NCBI GenBank assembly: GCA_951406725.2
Contig: OX597818.1
Location: 45,570,001-45,634,000 of the forward strand
Direction: 5' to 3'
DNA from: Octopus vulgaris
Taxonomy: Eukaryota
Length of the DNA stretch: 64,000 bases
In this document: in pieces, positions 54,559-64,000 of the stretch
Numbering within the stretch: the stretch's first letter is position 1
Layout: the number at the start of each line of letters is the position of its first letter
Made by a program: the position numbers and the translations under genes
The notes under the pieces: generated by a model
Told to the model about the DNA's origin: nothing
The model's input: the letters and a program-made list of their open reading frames with translations, nothing else
Database searches by the model: none

Positions 54559-55113
54559 CAGGGTCAGGCGAAATGATCTGACACATTTGTAGGTTAAATA
54601 AAAGGCAAATGAAGTAAAGAAACAAAAAAGTGTTTTTATTTTTGAAAAGTACATATAATGCCATTTTATTTCATTATGTTTTAAAAATTAAATCAGTCAA
54701 ATGGGATCCATTATTGTCCACACACTGTCGAAGGCGTTCACGAAAGTTGTCAATAACTCGGCGGGTCATTTCATGTGGAATGGTAGTAATTTCTTGACGA
54801 ATTGCATCTTTAAGTTCTGGCGGTGCGAGGTCGGCCGGTTGATTTTCGTTTCAATGCAGATCCAGTAGCTCTGAAGTTGGTAACCCATAACAAGATCGTG
54901 TTTCGAGCTGGTACGGGATCATGTCTACCAAGATTGAAGTGCAAACGGAACGCTCTTTGTGTTGCAGTTACAGAATCGTTTGTTTTGATAAACGTTTCCA
55001 CAATGAAAGCGTGATTCTCACCAGTCCAATTCATGGCAGCAACTGAAAAAGAAACGAAAAACAATGCCTTTTATTTAACCTACAAATGTGTCAGATCATT
55101 TTGCCTGACCCTG
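54559..55113 (-). mobile_element. Internally deleted Tc1/mariner transposon
   Basis: ~49-bp TIRs CAGGGTCAGGC(G/A)AAATGATCTGACAC, TA flanks; N-terminal HTH (TQRAFRLHF...GRPRTART) joined to C-terminus (RERLRQCVDNNGSHL), catalytic domain missing. Confidence 0.93.
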
Positions 55114-55799
55114 TATTATACTCCCGAACATTCAAGTCTATAGTCGAATTTTAATTCTCAATTAAAGCTATTACTAGGTGCATCATTTAATTCCTTGGAA
55201 AAGATCTAAAAGTTATTAAATCTTATATCGTGACTTCTTGCTAAAAATGAATGCTCAGAATTAAAATGGAAACAAGTCTCTAAGCAACAGCATCACTACC
55301 AATTTGACAAACGGTTTATTAATTTGGAAAATTAAGTTCACATCTCGCAAACATTTGATAGATATTGGCTCAGTTCAACAGATTTTTCTAAAGAAACTAG
55401 CTTTTGCGACGAAATATTTAACGATGGCTCATTACAGGAAACATCCTTGGATGTTTTTGAAGCTGATGATTCTGAACTTACGGAGACAGACAATGCTTAA
55501 ATATCACCTGACGAAACACAACTAGATATCATAATGCAGTGAAACAGCTGCATAATCAAGTGCCTGAACGCTCGGAGAACTACATTGCGTGGAAACAATT
55601 GTAGTGATTAAAAAATAAATGTCCAACCGTGCTCCTTCTTGTTGACTCCAATTTTTTCAATTATCTATTCACACACGCCAGAAGCCCAAACACAAACTTG
55701 GAAGTACGTATAACACTACTACTGGATTGCACAAGGTGAATCTGAAGGTGGACGAGATTTATACTGTACTCTACTACATTTTTAACAAAATATACCATA

Positions 55800-55845
55800 A
55801 CTATATATATATATATACACACATATATATATGTGTGTGTGTATG

Positions 55846-55911
<66 letters not shown>

Positions 55912-56200
55912 AATATATATATATATATATATATACATATATATATAAACATATATACATATATAAGTGTACGTATGTATATACATATATACATATCTAT
56001 AACTGCATGTATATATACACACAAACATATATATATATATGTATTATTGTATGTATATATATATATATCATTGTATGTGTATTTATATATATATATATAT
56101 ATACACTCATATATATATATTTAAATATACAAATATATACATGTATATATGCTTACACATGTGTGCGTGTGCGTGCGTGTGTGTGTGTGTGTACATATAT
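55800..56200. repeat. (TA)n complex microsatellite
   Basis: Direct reading. Confidence 0.96.
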
Positions 56201-56614
56201 GTATATTTGTGTGTCATTCTTAGTTTTTTTAAGTGTTCAGAATACGCTTCGCCAAGGACGCCTGATAATGCCGAAACGTATCAGTTTGTCTCACCATTTG
56301 GCTTTAAAAGATCAGATCCTCTCTAATTAGTATTGTTTAGATCGGCCAAAAATTTATCGCTTCTTTCCTTAGAGTTACCTCCCTTGATTTCTATTTTCAA
56401 AACACCTTGAAAGTTGTTTTCGTTTGCTCTTTGCTTGGGTAATCTCATCTGATGAACCTAAAGATCACTGTACTATATTATATATGTAAGATACTTTCAT
56501 ATTTGTATTCAGTGTGTAAAACGCTCGTCTGAGGTATTTCCGCCTGTCATATTCTTGATATTCCTGATTAACGTCTTTGCATTCCCTATGTGCATATGCG
56601 TATTCATTTCCTAT

Positions 56615-56707
<93 letters not shown>

Positions 56708-56850
56708 CATTAGAGAAAAACCACTATTATGTAATTCAAACAATGATAGACATAAAACATATCATATAGAAAAATAAAATATATGATAAGACATTAATCT
56801 AGATCACAGAAGGTACATAATAATAACTAAAAAGTATATAATAAGTAAAA

Positions 56851-56960
56851 AATACTACGTACGTTTCGTGGCTATAACTTCAATTCGAATTACAATTATA
56901 TTTAAATTTAATCGATCCAAAAATAATTCAGTTTAAAAGTATAGTCACTCCTCAGGTCAA
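56851..56960 (-). ncRNA. Hammerhead ribozyme motif with long stem II insertion
   Basis: Minus strand: ac-CTGAGGA-GTG(a)CTATA...TATAG(c)CAC-GAAAC-gtac-GTA-gt; palindromic ACGTACGT; stem I short. Confidence 0.65.
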
Positions 56961-57357
56961 CAATAATAACAATAATAGTTAAATAAATACATATTTTTAA
57001 TAAATAATCAAACAGAATTAAACAATATTTCTTAAAGAAATAAAAACATGATTTTTCTTATAAAAGAAACTCCGTTAACCAAATTTGAAACTTAAAAAGT
57101 AGGACATGGTGTTTATAATACATTTATTACGTTAAAACCCTAAGGTAAAAAAAAAATAGAGTAAATAGATAGAAATTGGTATTTTATCTGTGAAGATATA
57201 TTTTAGCTTTGAGAGTAATTTAAACAAACTATAGTATATCTTTACTGGAAAAATATAAGAGTCCAATTAATTTATATATATTATATATTTATATTCTGAA
57301 ATTTGATTTAATACTAAATTGAATTTTTCCCTGTAAGTTTGGAGTTATACTCCCTAA

Positions 57358-57365
57358 TATTATTA

Positions 57366-57426
<61 letters not shown>

Positions 57427-57535
57427 TTTTTTTTTCTTCTTTCAAAGTTGCTTCCATTTCTTGCCGAGTGTCTTCCCGACTCTTAGGGCAAAGAAACTCA
57501 TAGTATACATTGGTAGGCCATTAAACCAAACTCAA

Positions 57536-57592
<57 letters not shown>

Positions 57593-57624
57593 CATATATA
57601 CATATATATTCCAGGCATACAAAC

Positions 57625-57712
<88 letters not shown>
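57358..57712. repeat. (ATT)n tracts flanking a ~110-bp insert, then (GATA)n
   Basis: Direct reading. Confidence 0.92.
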
Positions 57713-57816
57713 CTCGGTCACGCTAACTGAGGCGATCACATAAAATCGAAACAGTTTAGTTGATTGCACCAATTGGCCTAAAGCTAATGGCATAGCCAGG
57801 ACTCTCAACTGCATGA

Positions 57817-58185
57817 CAGTGGTGTAGCTAGTATGTGACCCGCCCCGCGCAGCCCTTCACTTTGCGCTTCTCCTGTCACCTTTCCCCTTATACAAGCTTT
57901 ACAGTTGACCCAAAAGTGCCGCTACCATTAAAACGTTGCCCGGGGAAGACCACCACCTCTCCATGCCTTCCTCTAACTATGCTACTGCCTCGTGGACCAA
58001 TAGCGCTTTGGACACCACCACCACCACCCACTTTAATTAACAGAAAAGGTATGCTAAGTCAGACAAAATTTTGTGTCCCCTTCGCACCTATGCTTGATGA
58101 TGAGGAATGACTGCTGCCCTTCGCACCAACACTTCAGGATGGGGAGTGATTGCTGCCCTTCACTTTCCATTTTGATATGCCTCTG
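57817..58185. mobile_element. Possible decayed hAT-type MITE
   Basis: cagtggtgtagc...gatatgcctctg imperfect TIR; repeated tgctgcccttc; no clear TSD. Confidence 0.35.
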
Positions 58186-58246
58186 CTTTAGTGATGAAAT
58201 GTACTCCAATCAGCAATGTACAAATATTTCGATAACTGAATTATTT

Positions 58247-58413
58247 TATTAACAGTTATCGCCAAACTAATATGGCAGGTTCGAAGGTTATAATGGACAC
58301 AGGTTCGTGTGTCACATAGCTAGCTAGAGGCGATGGCCTCTTGGAGCTAATCAACGGCAGCATTCGTTCTATATTTCTAGACTGCCATATTAGCTTGGCG
58401 ATAACTGTTAATA
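58247..58413. mobile_element. 167-bp MITE with 32-bp TIRs
   Basis: tattaacagttatcgccaa(a/g)ctaatatggcag inverted at both ends. Confidence 0.8.
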
Positions 58414-59296
58414 TACAGTACCGCTGCCGTAGTCTCCTTTAGAGAGACTTAGAAATTTTAATATTTCTATTTATGAATTATTTTAGTTATCTCCTTTCTT
58501 AGTTGTTTTCATAATTTTTTTTAACATCCTTCGGGAACTTTTTGTCTAAATATTGCTAGGATAATCTTAGTTAATCGAAGGTTTTCGATGCACTGTGTTA
58601 CGTATATGAAATCCAACTACATTTGCTAACTATACTTACTAACATCCTAATATATCCGGGTTAGTAGTGAAAATGGAAACCTTCCTATTTAATTCAAATC
58701 AAATGTTTTTCTTTTCCTGGTATGTAGATCTTTTACGTCTTTTTCTTCTTTTAACTATTTTTTTTTCTTTTGGCTTTATTTACGACTTGTGCTTTTGCAG
58801 GCAGAGATTAAATAAAGGTAACTATTTTAGTTAAATCATCTTAGATTTCGTTCCTACACATTCCTGACTACAACATTTTACTTTGCACAGATTTGGCAGC
58901 TGTATTTTTCGTGCAAGTTTTTTTAAACATGTGCTTAAGAACCGAACCTTTTTCTACGACCGAATTACGGAATTAATTACACATAACATCATGAGAATTA
59001 AACAAGTCTAGTATCATACTGGGTATTTACTTAAATCTCAAAGTCTGGCTATAAAGTAAACAATGATAAGCAGTCTGTGCAGGTATTATTATAGTTAAGA
59101 AGTTAAAAAAGAAGTTCGCTTCGCAACTTTGTGATGCGGGTTCGATATTTTTGCAAGGTACCTTAAGTGTCTTCTACAGCTGCCTCAGCCTGACCAATTC
59201 GTCGAATAAAATTTAGTAGACTGCAACAGCGCAGCAGCCTGCCTTATTTATGTATGTGTTTATGCATGTGTGTATGTATATCTACGTACTTATATA

Positions 59297-59529
59297 TATT
59301 TCTTTATTGCCCACAAGGGGCTAAACATAGAGGGGACAAACAAGGACAGACGAAGGGATTGAGTCGATTATATCGACCCCAGTGTGAAACTGGTACTTTA
59401 TTTATCGAACCCGAAAGGATGAAAGGCAAAGTTGTCCTCGGCGGAATTTGAACTAAGAACGTAACGACAGACGAAATACCGCTAAGCATTTCGCCCGGCG
59501 CGCTAACGTGTCTGCCAGCTCGCCGCCTT
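59297..59529 (-). mobile_element. SINE family A
   Basis: TSD ctacgtacttatatat. Confidence 0.9.
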
Positions 59530-60165
59530 AGCCTACGTACTTATATATGTCTGCGCGTGCACACCTGAGTATGTATGTATATATGTATGCGTGTGTGCGT
59601 GTATGTTTATGTATGTATGTATGTATGTTATTTGATGGTATCACAAAGAGGTAAGGCATTTTGTTTAAATCAAGATAGTTCTTTCGGTTTTTTGGCTAGA
59701 GATAGTACAGGACATTCGATACCTGTCTGCACTGATCTCAAGCGTCTACTTTATTCATCTCTTCTTAGATAGAGTCTATCAGCGTGTATGCATGTGTGTG
59801 TGGATATATGCAGTTTTCTTTTTTAATTATTTTAATTCTTCATACAAGAACAAGCTGGCTTCTGACGAAGAAACAAAGCTCAACACCTGGAATTTGGATA
59901 TCATACTAAATGCGACATGATGAACTTTAAAAATGTGTTGCAGATATTTACTGATCCGCTTACAGATTGCACTTGTAAAGTGTGTGCTAGCTAGTCGCTT
60001 TCTTTGAGACTGTAAATCGCATCTTTTCCTAATTGTCACTTAAACATTTATTAACATAACCAACTACAACACTAATTCTTTTGAATAATTGTGAATTTAT
60101 AATCAACGTAAAGAAGTTACGGGCTACAAAAGTTGTCCGTATGCATGTGTATGTATGTGTGTGTG

Positions 60166-60246
<81 letters not shown>

Positions 60247-60319
60247 TCTCTCTCTCTAGTTTCAGCTCAGAGCTGCGGCCATGCTGATGCACCGCTGTTT
60301 TGCTACACTGTTATTACTG

Positions 60320-60605
60320 TGAGCCTCCTCTTATATGTGGCACTTGGTGAAGAATGGAGTTTGATGTAGTTACCCTCATTTGCACCTCTTGCCGCGAGGT
60401 AGTTTCATCTGGGACTCTCGACAGGAAGAGGTCCAGCATTGATTTAAAAACCCCTACATCTACTTTGTGCAGGTTCCTCAGGCTCTTTGGGAGAATATTA
60501 AAAAGCTGTGGGCCCCTGAAACCCAGGCTGTTGCAGTAACTGGTCCTGAAGTGCGATGGCGTTGCTGGGATTTTTGGCACTATGTAGTGTTGTCCCGTTC
60601 TGGCA
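60320..60605 (-). mobile_element. 3' fragment of CR1-group LINE
   Basis: NSLGFRGPQLFNILPKSLRNL...FKSMLDLFLSRVPDE. Confidence 0.85.
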
Positions 60606-60777
60606 TGTGTATGTATATATATATATATATAAGGTTAATCCAAACGGGAAAACAGAAAAAACAACAACACACATATATATATATATATAAAATCAAAAAT
60701 GATGGTTTTACTTTTTTAACTATGTGTGTGTGTGTGAGTGTGTGTGTCTGTGTCTGTGTTAGAATAGGCGGTTTATA

Positions 60778-60836
60778 GGATTACCTTTGGTTTAACGTCC
60801 ATAAAGTGTTTAGATTTGTGACGTATCATCAGATCC
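60778..60836 (-). ncRNA. Hammerhead ribozyme-like motif with G12 mutated
   Basis: Minus strand: GGAT-CTGATGA-t-ACGTC...GACGT-TAA-ACC aaa GGTA-ATCC; all three stems pair. Confidence 0.6.
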
Positions 60837-60964
60837 CAAAACCTGTTGGCCTCTTTAGTGAGTGGTTTCTCATGCATATATGCATTTCTTTATGTGTTCC
60901 AGCCCAAAGGCAGTGGCCATGCTAAATGTATCTAAATGTGTGTGCGTGTGTGTGTGCGTGTGTG

Positions 60965-61003
<39 letters not shown>

Positions 61004-61600
61004 AAGCACAAAGAATTCGCAGCCAGAAATCGAAGCCTGAATGCTTCTGCATGCCTCTATATCATTGTTCCCAGAGTTTGCACTGATATTTTATGTGTCA
61101 CCAATTAAATTCGCCGTCATCTTAGATGAAACGGCTCGATCTACATGACTCGTCCAAATTCCATTGCTATAGGCCTAGTTCTAATTTTAGGGCATTTGTT
61201 AATTTGAGTCACCTGTAGAGAAACACTCTCTTCGCTCGGCAACTCTCAGAGAGGTAACATCTCTCTATATCTCTCTCTTTCTTTCTTTCTTTCTTTCTTC
61301 CTCTCTATTTCTCTCTTTCTTTCTTTCTTTCTTCCTCTCTATTTCTCTCTTTCTTCCCTTCGGCCACAGGAAAACTAATTCATCATCAATGGCAACCCCT
61401 GTGTAAGCCCTATTGCTATCTGCCTCCTACATCAACTTCGTAGTGTACTTCTTCAATAACATGAGATTCTCTATTAACAGGCGTGAATCTGTAATTACTT
61501 CCAACTAATCACAGTTGCGATAAACCTCGTAACTATTAAATAAAAGCCATGATTAGTATAAACTATTTTCTGCCAATTTATTTTACAGCGTTCTATACAG

Positions 61601-63023
61601 CACTAAGCCTTTTGCAGCAGTACCAAACTTATTACAGAGGTCAACACACTTTTTGCTGACTTCGGTTTTGTGGTTAATTTTAGTTAATTTTGAGATGCTG
61701 ATTTCAAATATGGCATCCATTTTTTCCTAATACATTAGGTTTTCATTCTATAGCATAACCCTATTTTATGATGTATATTTTATGACGGTATAATAATTTA
61801 TCTGGTCAGGATAGTTCACTAAGTCTTATAGCTTCAAACCATAAGTTATAATGTCAATAGAATATGAAATGTAAAATAGCACCACATTTTACTAAATACC
61901 TACTGTTATATAAAATCCGTTCTGTCTGTCTGTGTGTGTGGCTTCTAGGATCTCGGGCATCCTCCATCCGATTGCGCTCAAATTTGATATGTAGATACCG
62001 ACGGTATCAGGGCGTGCATAAGTCTTGAAAAAATTACAAAAATCGATTCCAGGTGAGAATGCGATCGATAAAGCCGTGGGAACGTGCATTTGCAAAATCG
62101 TTTTTCTTGGAATAGGAAAAAGTCTATCTTTATTTCTTCTTTTGCTGGTGTCTCAAATTTAGGTTAAATCAGTGTTCCTCAAAGGGGAGGCCTATGGTGG
62201 AACAGTCGGACAAGGTGTTTTGAGAAAATTTGATTTAAATGTTTGACAACTCAGCACCGTCCATTGGACGGCGGGGTGCGTTTTGCTCGTTTTCTAATAT
62301 GATGGATAAAACAGAAACCATCATACACACACCTTCACATTCTGCTTGCAAGAGTGTCTGGAGTATTTCATGTCCACACAGTCTCTTAGAATACTCCAAC
62401 AGTTGTCTGCCGTCATGTATGTGTTCCATCAACCTTGATGTCTCTCCTCCATAATCTTGATTGCTTAATGAAAACACTCACCATGCGCATAGCTCACGTC
62501 TACGAGACTAGCAGGAAATTCATCAAGATGGCAATTGAGGAAATGAAGCTTTATGCTCATGTTGCAGCCTAAAAGATGGAAGCTATCACCTAATGTCGCC
62601 ACCAAATTTTTGTAGTATGCAGCCTTTTCACTCCCCAAAACTCCTTTCATAACAGTCACAAATGAATCCCATGCTCTTTTTTCTATCTCAGCCATCAACC
62701 TCGAGAAATTCTGGCATTTCGTTAACTTTCTGATTTGTGGCCCATCAAAAACACCAATCGTTATCTTATCATAACAAAGTCCAGGAAATGTTGTACATAT
62801 GAATTTGAAACAGTTGACTTCCAGGAGCTTTGACAAATTACTTCATTAGTCCTAGTTTAATATGAAGGGGTGGAAAGATGATTTTTCTCTCGCTCAACAA
62901 GTGGTTGGTGTATGATATTCTTCTCCCCAACAGTCAAACTTTTCCTAACTGGCCAGAGTTTCTGCTCCTAATGTTTGTCTCTCGCTTGGCTATCCCATAA
63001 ACACAGGAAACACGGGTATTTTG
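61601..63023 (-). mobile_element. Decayed Chapaev3-like (CMC) DNA transposon, 3' part
   Basis: KYPCFLCLWDS, PPLHIKLGLMK, FDGPQIRKL, MSIKLHFL..HLD, HGECFH, ADNCW with stops; possible CAC terminus at 61601; family assignment from memory. Confidence 0.7.
61898..62130 (+). mobile_element. Possible 5' part of Helitron-like non-autonomous element
   Basis: tatataaaat...ctgtctgtctgtgtgtg...ccgattgcgctcaaatttg, similar in layout to the other Helitron 5' ends; no 3' end seen. Confidence 0.4.
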
Positions 63024-63024
63024 T

Positions 63025-63683
63025 TGTTTATTTTCTTGCATTTCAGCAATTTCAACCAATCAATGACGTCTATTGAGGTGAAAGCAATTTCTGCCGTAAA
63101 CATTTTCTGGCGGTGTCATATGAAAATGTCCCTGCTATTTATGAGAAAAAAAGATACCCTGTGGCCATAAAATGAGGGGTCACTCGTAAACAGAGCAGGA
63201 TAACAAAACCGTTCCTTCTTTAGTGTCCACCCATAATTATGACCCTAGTATCGATCTATTGCATTTCAATCTGTTTTAGGGTTAGGATTAGAGTTGAGAG
63301 GAAAATTAAAACTGCATATGTTGTGAACTTAGAATATGTATTTATTAATAAAAGTTTAATAACGATAATCTTTTATTCATACGAACGTAACTGATATGAA
63401 ATATGCCATAAATAACAGAGACATTTTCATATGACACCGCCAGAAAATGTTGTTGACACACTACGGCAGAAATCGTTTTCACCTCAATAGACGTCATTGA
63501 GTGGTTGAAATTGCCGAAATGCAAGAAAATAAAGAACAAATATCTTACAAACTACAAAATTTTCACAAGAAAGCCAAGAGAAAAAGATGTTTTATAAACA
63601 CAGTCTACCAGTATACGAAGTTTAAATTTTTTTAGCTACAAAGAAATTATTTTAAAAATCTGCCGGTCAAAGCGAAAAGATCC
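63025..63683. mobile_element. Longer foldback relative of the Merlin-like element, left end missing
   Basis: Right TIR ...ctgccggtcaaagcgaaaagatcc; 63025-63130 is inverted at 63420-63540. Confidence 0.75.
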
Positions 63684-64000
63684 AAAATTAGTTATATGAG
63701 GTAGATATAAAGGTCTCTTCCAGAGGCCGTATTATTAAATATTTCAACAATCTAGGTATGTCACGAGATTTCCAGTCATGAGTTCTACTCATGTGTCAAG
63801 CTTCATCAAAATCAGTAAAACGATGTGGGAGGAGTTAGCTAACAACGCCACAAACAAACACACACCGATTTTCCACTTCTGTAACAGATTCAATTTTATT
63901 TCAAGATTTCTTGCCAATAAGAGCCGGTTCCTAACCTAGATCCGAGAATTTCAACACCAACAACAGGGTATGTATGTATGTATGTATGTATGTATGTATG

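Noticed and set aside
55455-55505. CTGATGA/CTGACGAAA hammerhead-like words (also at ~2602, 5902, 31254, 39908, 56262, 56449, 59862)
   Set aside because: No convincing combination of stem II, GAAA, NUH and stem I

Overview
AT-rich, gene-poor eukaryotic DNA made almost entirely of microsatellites and transposable elements. The SINE families look like octopus/cephalopod repeats (recognised from memory, not searched). I can support no intact host protein-coding gene; nearly all ORFs in the track are translated microsatellites or SINEs. Contents: about 25 loci of a ~230-bp tRNA-derived SINE (family A, often in head-to-tail multimers), three other SINE families (B, C, D), decayed LINEs (CR1-group, Tx1/L1-like, RTE, an RLE fragment), Tc1/mariner derivatives, a Chapaev3-like transposase remnant, non-autonomous Helitrons, and Merlin-like and Mutator-like MITEs. 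The most notable signal is about ten hammerhead-ribozyme-like motifs from several unrelated short non-coding elements, resembling Penelope pLTR or retrozyme derivatives. Two of them lie in a 1.4-kb tandem duplication and several in palindromic insertions with TSDs. The second signal is SINE homo-multimers and heterodimers each under a single TSD, which suggests template jumping or self-targeting. Coordinates of old, decayed repeats are approximate.
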